The position numbers were made by a program, and so were the translations under genes. This document shows positions 16,944 to 26,111 of a stretch of DNA of 64,000 bases, piece by piece. This DNA comes from an uncultured Chloroflexia bacterium. Lineage in GTDB: Bacteria; Chloroflexota; Dormibacteria; Aeolococcales; Aeolococcaceae. The DNA is taken from positions 861,990-925,989 of the forward strand of contig CAVOOO010000004.1 in the NCBI GenBank assembly GCA_963697585.1, read 5' to 3'. Within the stretch, counting starts at the first letter, position 1; every line of letters starts with the position of its first letter. Under the pieces are notes generated by a model. It was not told where the DNA came from. It did no database searches and saw only the letters and a program-made list of their open reading frames with translations.

Positions 16944-18398
16944 CTAGCCGATCAGCTCCCGGAGGTCCTGCAGCTGGTTCCCGATCCAGCGGGAGACGTC
17001 GTTGCTCCGGATGACCTCCTGCATCTTCTCTGCTCGGGCCGCCTTCTGTGGCTCGTCCATGACCAGCCCGAGCAGGAGCGCCTCGGCCGTCTCGTCCACG
17101 TCGAAGGGGTTGACGGTGAGCGCGAAGTCGCCGATCTCCTCATGGGCGCCGGCGTTCTCGCTGAGGACCAGCACCCCGTGGCGCGTGTTGCAGAGGGGCC
17201 CCTCCTTGGCCACCAGGTTCATGCCGTCGTAGATCGGGTTGACCAGGAGCACGTCGAAGCACTTGTAGGCGGCGATCGCCTTGTGCATGTTGTCCTCGAC
17301 CTCGACCCGGATCGGCGTCCACCCGCCGCTCGAGAAGCGGCGGTTGATACGGGCCGCCACCGAGAGCACGCTGCCCAGATAGGAGCGGTAGTCGCCGATG
17401 TCCTGGCGGCTGGGCTGCAGGAATGCCCAGAACTGAACCCGGCGATGGAGGTCGGTGTTGGTCTCCAGCATCCTCTCGTAGGCGAGGAAGCCGCGGACGA
17501 TGTTCTTGCTGAGATCGGTGCGGTCCACGCGCAGGATCAGCTTCTCCGGCCGCCAGGACGCGATCCGGCGCTCCTCGTCCAGCACCCTGGGGTCCTGGGC
17601 CTGCTCGGCGAAGCCGGGGATGTCGATGCTGATCGGGTAATGGCGGACCCACACCGCCCTCCCCTGGTAGTAGACGGTGCGCTCGCGGAGATCGACGCCC
17701 AGCCCGAGGTTCTCCTCACAGGTGAGCAGGAAGTTGCGCACGTCGCGGCTGGTCTGGAATCCGACGATGTCGTTCCCCAGCAGCCCGTGGACGATCTCGT
17801 CCCGGATCGGCTTGGGCAGGATCTTCCAGTACTGCGGGGTCGGCCACGGGATGTGGACGAAGTGCTGGAGCCTCACCTCCGGCACCAGCTCGCGCACCAT
17901 CCGAGCGACCAGGTAGAGCTGGTAGTCCTGGATCAGCACCAGCGGCGGCCGGTCGCCCGCCGCCGCCTCGCGGGCGACGCGCTCGGCGAACATCCGGTTC
18001 ACGGCGACATACCCCTCGCGCCAGGCGTGACGGGTGGAGGCTCCCACCAACGGCTCCCGGGCGAGGTCCCAGAGGTAGTGCTGGATGAACCACAGCAGCG
18101 GGTTGCTGATGACGTTGTAGTAGAGGTCGTACGCCTCCGGGGCGGGCTGGATGAAGGCGACCCGGTACTCGGCCCCGTCCGCGGTCCGGAGCTCGGCGGG
18201 ATCGCCGCGGGCGGCGAGGCTCAGGTCCTGCTCGTCGCGAGCCGCCGCCACCCAGAGCGCTCCGGTCTCGGTTGCCAGCGACGAGAGCGCGGTGACCAGG
18301 CCGCCGGCACCCTTCACCAACCGCTCCGGGCGCCCCAGCAGGGGGTCCTCCGGCTCCAGCACCAGCGGAGCCCGGTTGGCGACGATGATCGGCCGCAC
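16944..18398 (-). CDS. otsA: alpha,alpha-trehalose-phosphate synthase (GT20)
   Basis: 484 aa. Classical OtsA blocks: LWVHDYHL-like LVLIQDYQLYLVARMVR, FVHIPWP, GLLGNDIVGFQT, ILRVDRTDLSKNI, YDGMNLVAKE. Confidence 0.9.
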   Translation of the reverse strand: MRPIIVANRAPLVLEPEDPLLGRPERLVKGAGGLVTALSSLATETGALWVAAARDEQDLSLAARGDPAELRTADGAEYRVAFIQPAPEAYDLYYNVISNPLLWFIQHYLWDLAREPLVGASTRHAWREGYVAVNRMFAERVAREAAAGDRPPLVLIQDYQLYLVARMVRELVPEVRLQHFVHIPWPTPQYWKILPKPIRDEIVHGLLGNDIVGFQTSRDVRNFLLTCEENLGLGVDLRERTVYYQGRAVWVRHYPISIDIPGFAEQAQDPRVLDEERRIASWRPEKLILRVDRTDLSKNIVRGFLAYERMLETNTDLHRRVQFWAFLQPSRQDIGDYRSYLGSVLSVAARINRRFSSGGWTPIRVEVEDNMHKAIAAYKCFDVLLVNPIYDGMNLVAKEGPLCNTRHGVLVLSENAGAHEEIGDFALTVNPFDVDETAEALLLGLVMDEPQKAARAEKMQEVIRSNDVSRWIGNQLQDLRELIG

Positions 18399-18767
18399 GT
18401 GGCGGAGCAGGCGGCGCGTGTAGGGCTGGAGCGCTGGCAGGGTCGGCCTCCTCTGCGGCGGAGGGCGATCGGCCCCGGCGCCCCGGATGACCCGGAACCG
18501 CTGCCGGCCGACGCCGATGCGACGCTATCAGTCTGGGACACCGGTGCGGGGACCGTCCCGGTCGCGGGGCCGGCGGGGCCGGCCGTCCCGAGGCTGAGCC
18601 CGGCGGGACCGGGCCGACCGCTGGACGCCCTGCCGGGCGGGTAAACTCGCCCCATGGTGCGTCCCGCGGGTCGACGGTGGGCTCCCGGCGGACGTGACGC
18701 CGGCGGAGAGGCGCTCGCCGTCCCGCCTCGGCTCGCCGCTCCCGCTGCCGAGGTCTGAGCGGGCGCC

Positions 18768-19061
18768 GTGTCCTTCTTCGGACGCCTCTTCGGATCCAGT
18801 CCGGCCCCCGCGCCCGCCAACACGGTGATCATCGCCGACGATCTGGCCGTCCGGCTCACCGCCGCGGGTGTTCCGCTTCCCGCCGCGGTGGACGCCGCCC
18901 TCCGCCATCATCTGGAGGCGGAGCGCCGTGCCGCCGAGGCCGAGATGCGGGGAGAGAAGATCCCCTTCTGGCTCCGCCGGGAAGGGGGAGGCTCGGGCGA
19001 GATGGAGGATGCCCTCCGTGACCGGATCGCGCAGCGGCGGGGCGGCGAGGAAGATCGCTGA
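18768..19061 (+). CDS. hypothetical protein
   Basis: 97-aa ORF with reasonable composition and no recognisable motifs. Confidence 0.3.
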   Translation: MSFFGRLFGSSPAPAPANTVIIADDLAVRLTAAGVPLPAAVDAALRHHLEAERRAAEAEMRGEKIPFWLRREGGGSGEMEDALRDRIAQRRGGEEDR

Positions 19062-19093
19062 CCGGCGGGGCGGGCGCCCCCGCCCCGATCCCC

Positions 19094-20125
19094 GTGCCTG
19101 ACCGGGGGGACCCGCGGCCCCTCACCGAGCCGGGCGGACCGCTCCGCCGGCTCCTCCTCGCCCTGGTCGGACTGCTGGTCCTGCTCGTCTACGGGACCGT
19201 CGGGTACATGCTGATCGAGGGCTACGGCTTCCTCGCGGCGCTCTTCATGACGGTCGCCACGGTGAGCACCGTCGGTTTCCAGGTGGGCCACCTGGGTGGG
19301 GCCGGCGAGGCCTTTACCATCTCGGTGATCGTCCTCGGGGTGATCGGTTTCCTCTACGCCTTCGGGATGCTGGTGGAGCTATTGTCGAGCGGCGATTTGC
19401 AGCGCCACGGGAGGGCTCGTCAGGTGCAGCGCCGGCTGGACGCACTGCGGGACCACGTGATCGTCTGCGGATACGGCCGCACCGGGCGGCAGGCGGGCAT
19501 CGAGCTCACCCAATCCCAGCAGCCGTTCGTGGTCATCGAGTGGAACCCGGACGGGCTCGCCAACGTGGAGCAGGACAGGGTCCTGCACGTCCTCGGCGAC
19601 GCCTCGGACGACGAGGTCCTGGAGCGGGCGGGGATCGGGCGCGCCCGGGCCCTGATCAGCGCCGTCGATTCCGACGAGCGCAACGTCTACATCGTGCTCA
19701 CCGCGCGCTCGCTCCGGCCCGACCTCTACATCGTCGCCCGCTCATCCCACCCGGACTCCGCCGAGAAGCTGCGCCGCGCCGGCGCCGACCGGGTGGTCAG
19801 CCCGTACACGTTGAGCGGACGGCGGATGGCGGCACTGGCGATGCAGCCGGCGGTGGTGGACACCTTCGAGCTGCTGATCGGAGGTGCCGACAGCTCGATG
19901 CGGGTCGAGGAGCTCGTGGTGGGCGCCGCGGCGGGGCGGGCCCACACCGCCGCCGACCTGCGCCGCTCCGGGGCGGTGCTGCTGGCGCTGCGGTCCGGCG
20001 ACGGCGCGCTGAGGGTGGGGCCGGGCGATGCCGAGGTGCTCCGTCCTGACGACATCGTCGTGGCCATGGGGACGCGCGATCAGCTGACCGCGCTGGCCGC
20101 GGCGCTGGCCCCGGCCGGCCACTGA
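19094..20125 (+). CDS. two-TM potassium-channel-family protein with RCK/TrkA-N domain (MthK-like)
   Basis: Two TM helices flank a pore segment TVSTVGFQ (a degenerate TVGYG filter). A Rossmann RCK domain follows: HVIVCGYGRTGRQ. Confidence 0.8.
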   Translation: MPDRGDPRPLTEPGGPLRRLLLALVGLLVLLVYGTVGYMLIEGYGFLAALFMTVATVSTVGFQVGHLGGAGEAFTISVIVLGVIGFLYAFGMLVELLSSGDLQRHGRARQVQRRLDALRDHVIVCGYGRTGRQAGIELTQSQQPFVVIEWNPDGLANVEQDRVLHVLGDASDDEVLERAGIGRARALISAVDSDERNVYIVLTARSLRPDLYIVARSSHPDSAEKLRRAGADRVVSPYTLSGRRMAALAMQPAVVDTFELLIGGADSSMRVEELVVGAAAGRAHTAADLRRSGAVLLALRSGDGALRVGPGDAEVLRPDDIVVAMGTRDQLTALAAALAPAGH

Positions 20126-20146
20126 GCCCGTGCGGCTGGCGGCGGA

Positions 20147-21303
20147 TCAGCCGCCGGTCAGCGCCTCCATCTCGGCCAGCGCTGCCGCCCGATCCGGGTC
20201 GGCGAAGTGCTTCCGGGCGGGCTCGAGGCGGTCGATCAGCCGGTCAGCCAGGGCGGTCTTGGCGTCCATCGGGTGGAGAGCGCCGGAGGCGTAGGCGTCG
20301 CGGACCTCCCCGATCGACGAGAACACCACCGGACCGCCGTTCTCCGCCCTGCGCTCCACCCGCAGCTCGGTGTCCCCGAGGCCGAAGCAGAGACGCTCGA
20401 TCCAGTCGATGATCGGGTTCAGCTCCACCTCTCCGGGCGGGCAGAAGGCACCCCGCACCTTGGTCCTGATCAGGTCGGGGAAGTCGTGGACGAACACCGC
20501 GGAGCGGGGCTTGGACTTGCTCATCTTCATCGCCGCCAGCGCCTCGGCCCGCTCCTCCGGCGGCACCGGCCACCGGTCCGGCTTGAGCAGCCCGGTCAGC
20601 ACCGGGAGATGCGCGGCCAGCGGCTTGATCCTCGTACCCGAAGGGTCGCGCAGCGGATTGATCCTCATCTTGGTGGCCACGTCACGGGCGACCACGTGGG
20701 CCTTGCGCTGGTCCATCCCCGCCTGGGCGATGTGGACGCCGAGGGCGAAGATGTCGGCCGCCTGCAGCGCCGGGTAGATGAGCTTGGCGAAGTCGACCTG
20801 CTCCCCCTCCTTCCGGCCCAGGATGGTGATGCTCCGCTGCATCCTTGCCACCGAGGTGTGCTTGGCGACCTCGATGACGGTGGCCCAGTACTCGCGGGCG
20901 GGGTCGGCGTAGAGGTCGGAGGCGAGGACCATGCGGAGGCCGTCCGGGTCCCCGCCCACACAGAGCAGCGACGCCTTCATCGCCTCCCCGTAGTAGTCGA
21001 AGGCGAGCCGCCGGATGAGGTCCCGGTCACCACCCAGCTTGTCGTTGATCCAGGTGTGCCAGTCGGCGAGCAGGATGGAGCAGTCCACCCCCGCCTCCTG
21101 AAAGTCGCGGACCTTGGCCATCTGGAGCAGCCCGCCGCCGAGGTGGACCCGCCCCGAGATCTCGTAGCCGATGTAGTGGCGCAGCGGCCCACCGCCCCCG
21201 AGCAGGGCGGAGAGCTCCTCCCGGGTGAGCAGCTCAGCCAGGTTGCGCTCGATGAGCTCCGCCCGGCGGCTGGTCTCAGGAGTGGGGGAGGGGGTGCTGG
21301 TCA
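20147..21303 (-). CDS. tyrS: tyrosyl-tRNA synthetase, archaeal/eukaryal type (class I)
   Basis: Start at the ATG at 21303. Collinear with archaeal TyrRS as I recall it: IGYEISGRVHLGGGL (HIGH region), ILLADWHTWIN, IYPALQAADI...GMDQRKAHVVARD, PVLTGL, KMSKSK, ALHPMDAKTALADRLIDRLEPARK. It lacks the bacterial C-terminal S4-like domain. Confidence 0.8.
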
Positions 21304-21372
21304 TCTGGAGCCTCGGGGACGGGCGGGTGCCTCGGGCGGCCCGGGGGGCAGTCCGTGGCACTCCCGGGGCGG

Positions 21373-21448
21373 TGGTCCCAGGGGCTGGAATCGAACCAGC
21401 GATACACGGTTTTACAGACCGTTGCCTTCACCGCTTGGCTACCCTGGG
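21373..21448 (-). tRNA. tRNA-Tyr (anticodon GTA), archaeal/eukaryal type: C1:G72, A73, 5-nt variable loop
   Basis: Reverse complement CCCAGGGTAGCCAAGCGGTGAAGGCAACGGTCTGTAAAACCGTGTATCGCTGGTTCGATTCCAGCCCCTGGGACCA. Anticodon loop CTGTAAA (GUA), T-arm GCTGGTTCGATTCCAGC, acceptor CCCAGGG/CCCTGGG. It sits 70 bp upstream of tyrS on the same strand. Confidence 0.85.
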
Positions 21449-21574
21449 ATCGATCGCCAAGGATACTCAAGCCGGGGGAGGGCGCACTCCACCCGGGCCG
21501 GCCTCTCGGGCCGGCCAGCGGGTGGGTGAGCCCGCGGCGGGCCCACCCACCCCGGGGAAAGGAGAGTGTCGGGC

Positions 21575-22444
21575 TCAGGCGGTGACCAGCTCCGAGGCCG
21601 GCCTCTCGACCGGCACCCCCACCGAGTTGCCCCACTCGCTCCACGAGCCGTCGTAGTTGCGGACGTCGGGGTAGCCGAGCAGGTAGCGGAGCACGAACCA
21701 GGTGTGCGACGAGCGCTCACCGATCCGGCAGTAGGTGATCACCGAGGCGTCGGCGGTGACGCCCTTGGCCGCGTAGAGGGCGTGGAGCTCGTCCGCCGAC
21801 TTGAAGGTGTCGTCATCGTTGATGGCCTGCGCCCAGGGGATGTTCGCGGCCCCGGGGATGTGGCCCGAACGCTGAGCCCCCTCGTTCGAATACTCGGGCG
21901 GCGCCGAGATCTCGCCCTTGAACTCCGCGGGGGAGCGGACGTCCACCAGCCGGAAGCCGGTGCGGCCGAGCGCCTCCCGCACCTCGGGCAGGAAGCTGCG
22001 CAGGCGGGTGTCCGGCGCCGAGGCGGCGTACACCGCGGGGGTCGGCTCGGGCACCTCGGTGCTCACCGGCCGCTGCTCCTCGAACCACTTGCGCCGGCCT
22101 CCGTCGAGCAGCCGGACGTCCACGTGCCCGTAGATCTTGAAGGTCCAGAAGGCGAATGCAGCGAACCAGTTGCGCATGTCGCCGTAGAGAACCAGGGTGG
22201 TCTGGGCGGTGGCACCGAGGCCGCCGAGCAGCGCCTCGAGCGCCTCTCCGGAGAGGATGTCGCGACGGATCGGGTCGTTGATGTCCCGCTTCCAATCGAC
22301 CAGCGAGGCGCCGGGGATGTGTCCGAGGTCGTAGGCCCCGGCGGCGTCCCAGTCGACCTCGAGGATGCGCACGGCAGGGTCGTCGAGATGATCGGCCAGC
22401 CATCCGGTGCTGACCAGGACCTCGGGATGCGCGTAGCTCGCCAT
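21575..22444 (-). CDS. thiosulfate/3-mercaptopyruvate sulfurtransferase (tandem-rhodanese, SseA/CysA-like)
   Basis: ORF track 21575..22906. The ATG at 22444 gives a 289-aa protein: MASYAHPEVLVSTGWLADHL...active-site CRIGERSSHTWFVL. Confidence 0.85.
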   Translation of the reverse strand: MASYAHPEVLVSTGWLADHLDDPAVRILEVDWDAAGAYDLGHIPGASLVDWKRDINDPIRRDILSGEALEALLGGLGATAQTTLVLYGDMRNWFAAFAFWTFKIYGHVDVRLLDGGRRKWFEEQRPVSTEVPEPTPAVYAASAPDTRLRSFLPEVREALGRTGFRLVDVRSPAEFKGEISAPPEYSNEGAQRSGHIPGAANIPWAQAINDDDTFKSADELHALYAAKGVTADASVITYCRIGERSSHTWFVLRYLLGYPDVRNYDGSWSEWGNSVGVPVERPASELVTA

Positions 22445-22581
22445 GTGAAATCTCCTTCTCTTCATCTCGGCCAGATGGGCTGATCTGATCGTCGAGACCG
22501 GCCGGCCAGGGTGGCGCGGCGTCGCTCCGGGTTGCGTCGGCACGAGGCCCGGCCGGGGGGTGCGGCCGCGGGCAGCCGGTT

Positions 22582-25485
22582 TCATTCCCGCATCCCGGAT
22601 GCGGTCAGGCCGTTCACGTGGGTCCCCGCTCCAGACCGCGTGGACCCGCCCCTCGGGCTCCTCGGCAGGTCGTCGCGGGAGAGGATCTCGAGGCCGGCCG
22701 GGGCGGCCGCGGAGAAACTGTCGTCGATCAGGACCACGTCGACCCCGTGCGCGTCCAGCCACGACGCCGCCACGGCGGCCCGGTACCCGCTGGCGCAATG
22801 CACCCACAGCGGTCCGGGAGCGGCCCGGTCGGGGATCCGCTCCGGGTGCTCGGCCAGCTCCGGGAGCGGGAGGTGAGTCGCGCCGGCGAGGTGGGCCGCG
22901 CTCCACTCATCGTCGCGGCGCACGTCCAGCACCGGGATCCCGGCCCCCAGCTCTCCGGCCGCGGCCAGGTCGGCGAAGCTCGCCACCCGGTAGCTGCGCG
23001 GCCTCGTTCCCGTTCCCGCCGCCCAGCTGCCGAACGGGCCGGCCAGCTGGGCGGTGGGGCGATCGATGCCGATCTGAGCCATGGCGCGCTGGGCCTCGGC
23101 CACCACGGCCGGGTCCTCGCCGGCGAGCACGAGCGGCGTGCCCGGAGGGAGCAGCCAGCCCAGGTAGGTGGCGAAGGAATCCCCAGCCTCGAAGTTGAGC
23201 CAGCCCGGGAGGTGTGAGGAGGCGAAGCTCCGCCGCGGGCGGAGGTCGATGGACCACCCGCCGGAGGCCGGCCTCGCGTCCCCGACCACCGGGTCGGCGC
23301 AGGGAGCCGGGGTCAGGTCGATGGGCGCCGGACCCGCCCGGTTGATCGGTGCCATCCGCGCGTAGTAGCTCGGGTAGGCGGTGTACCCGGCGACCAGCCG
23401 GGCGACGAAGGCGTCCTCATCGAGGCGCAGTGCCGGATGGCTCTCGCGGCTGGCTCCGACCGTCGACGGTCCCGCGACGGGTGCCGTCCCCGAGGCGCAG
23501 AAGCTGCCGAAGCCGTGGGTCGGCCGGATCTCCACCGGGTCGGGAAGCTCCGCCGCGAGCCGCCGGATCGAGCGCCATTGCTCCCGGGCCAGCCCGAGCG
23601 TTCTCTCCGCCCCTGAGAGGTCGGTGCGCCCCGCACCCCCGTGGAGCCAGGAGCCCCCACTGAAGACGGCCACGGCCAGGCCGCTGGCCGCCTCGGTGAG
23701 CACGTAGGCGAGGTGGTGCTCGGTGTGGCCGGGGGTGTGGACCACGCGGATGCGCATCGCGCCGGCCTCGAGCAGGTCCCCGTCGTGCAACCCGGTCCGC
23801 GCCCCGCTGAAGGCGACGTCCTCGGCGGCGGCGAGGCCATAGCGTGCGCCGGTTACCCGGGCGAGCTCGAGGCCGCCGCTCAGGTAGTCGTTGTGCAGAT
23901 GGGTGTCGAGGACCCACGCGACGCCGACCCCGAGGCGGCCGGCCAGCGAGATGCAGCGGTCGATGTCCCGAGGAGGATCGACGACGATGGCAACCCGGCC
24001 GTCGCTGGCGACGTGGCAGCGGTTGCCCAGCCCTCGGGTCTCGAGGGCGACGACCTCGATGGCTGCGCGCGGCACCGACGGCGAACGCCGCCCGCCGCCG
24101 TCCGCGACCGCGGCGCGGGCCGGCGCGGCGGGCCCGGCGAGGCGGGCGGCGAGTGCCGCGGCCTGCAGCCGTATCTCGCGCACCGCGGTCGTCTCCCACT
24201 CGGTGCCCCGCCGCAGCGGGCCGATCGCCCACAGCGTCCGCGAGCTGCGACCGTCCGCGTCCACCACCGCCCCGTCCGCGTCGACGTCCACGCCGAGGCC
24301 GTGGGCCCCGGGCCGCGCGGCGCCGGAGGCGAAGAGGCTGTCGAGGAGTGGATCGCCCGCCTCCGCCAGCCGTTGCTGCGGTCCCATGCAGTTGATCACC
24401 CGGTCGACGGTGAGGGTCAGGCTCCCCCCCCGGGGCCCGCGGCGCCGCACCACGACATCGACACCCGCCGGCCCCTCCCGGCACTCGTCGACGGCGCCCG
24501 CCAGCACCTGAAGCCGGCCCTGCTCCACCAGCGCGGCGAGACGCTCGCCCACCGATGGCGCCAGACGGTGCCGGTGGACCTCCCAGACGCGCGCGGCGTG
24601 GCGGAGGAAGCGGCGGCGCTCCGCGTCGGGAAGCCGCCGCCAGACCTCGCCCGCGTGGTCGCGGAGGGCGTCGACGGCCGGTCGCCAGTCCTCCCGGCCG
24701 TCGGTGCTGGCGCGCAGCTCGGCGAGGATGGTCCGGATGGTGTTCCTGCTCGCGGCCGGCGACCATGCTGAGCTCTGAGGAGCGAGCCCCGAGCGGTGCC
24801 CTCGGGGCAGGAGCCCGTGGCGTGAGATCGCCTGGATCGTTCCGGTGAAGCCCATGTCGTCCAGCTGGAGGGCGACATCCACGGCGGTGAGACCGGTGCC
24901 GAGCAGGAGCACCGAGCCGTCCCCGGTCTCCCGCCAGGGGGTTCCCCAGGGATCACCCACGTAGCGCCGGCTGCGATGGAAGCCTTCCCGGAGGGCGAAC
25001 GGCGGCGTGGCCGGCGCCAGGTTGCCCATCGCCAGGACCACCGTGTCCACCTCCACGTGGCTGCCGTCGGCGAGCCGCAGCTCGGTGGTGGTCGCTCCCA
25101 GTGGGCGATGGAGGGAGACCACCCGACCGTGAATGCGGGTGATCGAGTTGCCCTGGGGCGCCTCCGTCTGGGCGGTCGCGAGCACCTCCGCCAGGTAGTC
25201 CCCGTAGAGACCCCGGGGCACGAAGCTGGCCCCGGTGACCCCGGGGACGCGCGCCCGCGCCCACTCGACGAAGTGGACGGGCCGGTCCGCGTGAGCGCTC
25301 ATCCGCCCGGCCGGGACGTTGAGGAGGTGGCTGGGCGACCACGTGCCGTAGGCGACGCCCCGCCACGGCCGAGGGCTCGAATCGATGACCACGATCCGCC
25401 TCGGACCGCGCTCCACTCGCCCCGCCAGCTGGAGGGCCAGCAGGGCGCCACTGCACCCTCCCCCGACCACGCCGATGGTCTGCAT
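22582..25485 (-). CDS. tri-domain fusion: FAD/NAD(P)-binding oxidoreductase + metallo-beta-lactamase (persulfide-dioxygenase-like) + C-terminal rhodanese
   Basis: Start at the ATG at 25485 (MQTIGVVGGGCSGALLALQL, a dinucleotide-binding fold). The middle domain has MBL motifs (VLDTHLHNDYLSGG, HTPGHTEHH). The C-terminus is a rhodanese with an active-site Cys (LWVHCASGYRAAVAASWL). Confidence 0.75.
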   Translation of the reverse strand: MQTIGVVGGGCSGALLALQLAGRVERGPRRIVVIDSSPRPWRGVAYGTWSPSHLLNVPAGRMSAHADRPVHFVEWARARVPGVTGASFVPRGLYGDYLAEVLATAQTEAPQGNSITRIHGRVVSLHRPLGATTTELRLADGSHVEVDTVVLAMGNLAPATPPFALREGFHRSRRYVGDPWGTPWRETGDGSVLLLGTGLTAVDVALQLDDMGFTGTIQAISRHGLLPRGHRSGLAPQSSAWSPAASRNTIRTILAELRASTDGREDWRPAVDALRDHAGEVWRRLPDAERRRFLRHAARVWEVHRHRLAPSVGERLAALVEQGRLQVLAGAVDECREGPAGVDVVVRRRGPRGGSLTLTVDRVINCMGPQQRLAEAGDPLLDSLFASGAARPGAHGLGVDVDADGAVVDADGRSSRTLWAIGPLRRGTEWETTAVREIRLQAAALAARLAGPAAPARAAVADGGGRRSPSVPRAAIEVVALETRGLGNRCHVASDGRVAIVVDPPRDIDRCISLAGRLGVGVAWVLDTHLHNDYLSGGLELARVTGARYGLAAAEDVAFSGARTGLHDGDLLEAGAMRIRVVHTPGHTEHHLAYVLTEAASGLAVAVFSGGSWLHGGAGRTDLSGAERTLGLAREQWRSIRRLAAELPDPVEIRPTHGFGSFCASGTAPVAGPSTVGASRESHPALRLDEDAFVARLVAGYTAYPSYYARMAPINRAGPAPIDLTPAPCADPVVGDARPASGGWSIDLRPRRSFASSHLPGWLNFEAGDSFATYLGWLLPPGTPLVLAGEDPAVVAEAQRAMAQIGIDRPTAQLAGPFGSWAAGTGTRPRSYRVASFADLAAAGELGAGIPVLDVRRDDEWSAAHLAGATHLPLPELAEHPERIPDRAAPGPLWVHCASGYRAAVAASWLDAHGVDVVLIDDSFSAAAPAGLEILSRDDLPRSPRGGSTRSGAGTHVNGLTASGMRE

Positions 25486-25574
25486 CGTCCGTGCCACCTG
25501 TCGCCCCCCCTGCGGCGCCCCTCGGCTCTCCCAACCCGCAAGCCGGGTGTGGAGGGGGCGCGCCGACCATCCTT

Positions 25575-25708
25575 GCACATCAAATCTAGCTTTGCTAGCG
25601 ACTAAATAGAGGGGGTCTGGATGGGGCGGGCCGGTGCGCAGGGGGGTCCGCGGGTTGCGCTCGGGCAACATATAAGCTACTCTTTATTCAAGGTTTCTTT
25701 ATGAAAGA
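25575..25708. promoter_or_regulatory. AT-rich divergent promoter/operator island between the fusion gene and the ArsR gene
   Basis: Two unusually AT-rich blocks in a 72%-GC background (catcaaatctagctttgctagcgactaaatagag; caacatataagctactctttattcaaggtttctttatgaaag). The inverted repeat TTCA-N11-TGAA (25687-25705) overlaps the ArsR start codon. Confidence 0.4.
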
Positions 25709-26111
25709 CTCGGTTATGCGTTCCCGGACCCCGCGGCGGGCGGTTCCCATGGCCATCGCCGTCGGCGTCTTCGACCTGTCGGTCCACTTCGAGGGGCTGG
25801 CCAATCCGACCCGCCTGGCCATCGTCGAGATCCTCGCCCGTCGGGGCGAGCTCCGCGTCTCCGAGCTGGCCGAGGTCTGCAAGGTCAGCCAGCCGCGGAT
25901 GAGCTGGCACCTCCGGACCCTCCGCCACGCCCAGGTCGTCTCCACCCGGCGGGAGGGCCGCGAGGTCCTCTGCCGGCTCGACCGCGAGGCGATCCGTCGC
26001 AACCTGGAGAGCTTCGTCCACATCCTCGGGGCGGGCGATGCGAGCGACGTCCCCGAGCTCAGCCGTATCACCGAGGCGCTGCGCGCGCCGGTCAGCGAGG
26101 GAGTCTCATGA
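25701..26111 (+). CDS. ArsR/SmtB-family transcriptional regulator (two Cys; candidate redox/persulfide or metal sensor)
   Basis: HTH_5 signature [48 protein letters not shown]. The stop overlaps the ino1 start (ATGA). Confidence 0.8.
   Translation: MKDSVMRSRTPRRAVPMAIAVGVFDLSVHFEGLANPTRLAIVEILARRGELRVSELAEVCKVSQPRMSWHLRTLRHAQVVSTRREGREVLCRLDREAIRRNLESFVHILGAGDASDVPELSRITEALRAPVSEGVS

Noticed and set aside
20147-21448. Possibility that the whole window is archaeal (because of the TyrRS/tRNA-Tyr type and the Agl3-like SQD1 module)
   Set aside because: tRNA-Gln is bacterial type (U1:A72/G73). HolB (DNA polymerase III delta-prime), LacI and HspR/MerR regulators, the CHAP/PcsB-like hydrolase, OtsA, Opp-type ABC with a lipobox SBP, and SD-led starts are all bacterial.
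25486-25671. 62-codon N-terminal extension of the sulfur-fusion ORF
   Set aside because: Pro/Arg-rich with no fold signal. The ATG at 25485 sits directly in front of the GxGxxG dinucleotide-binding motif and is the more plausible start.
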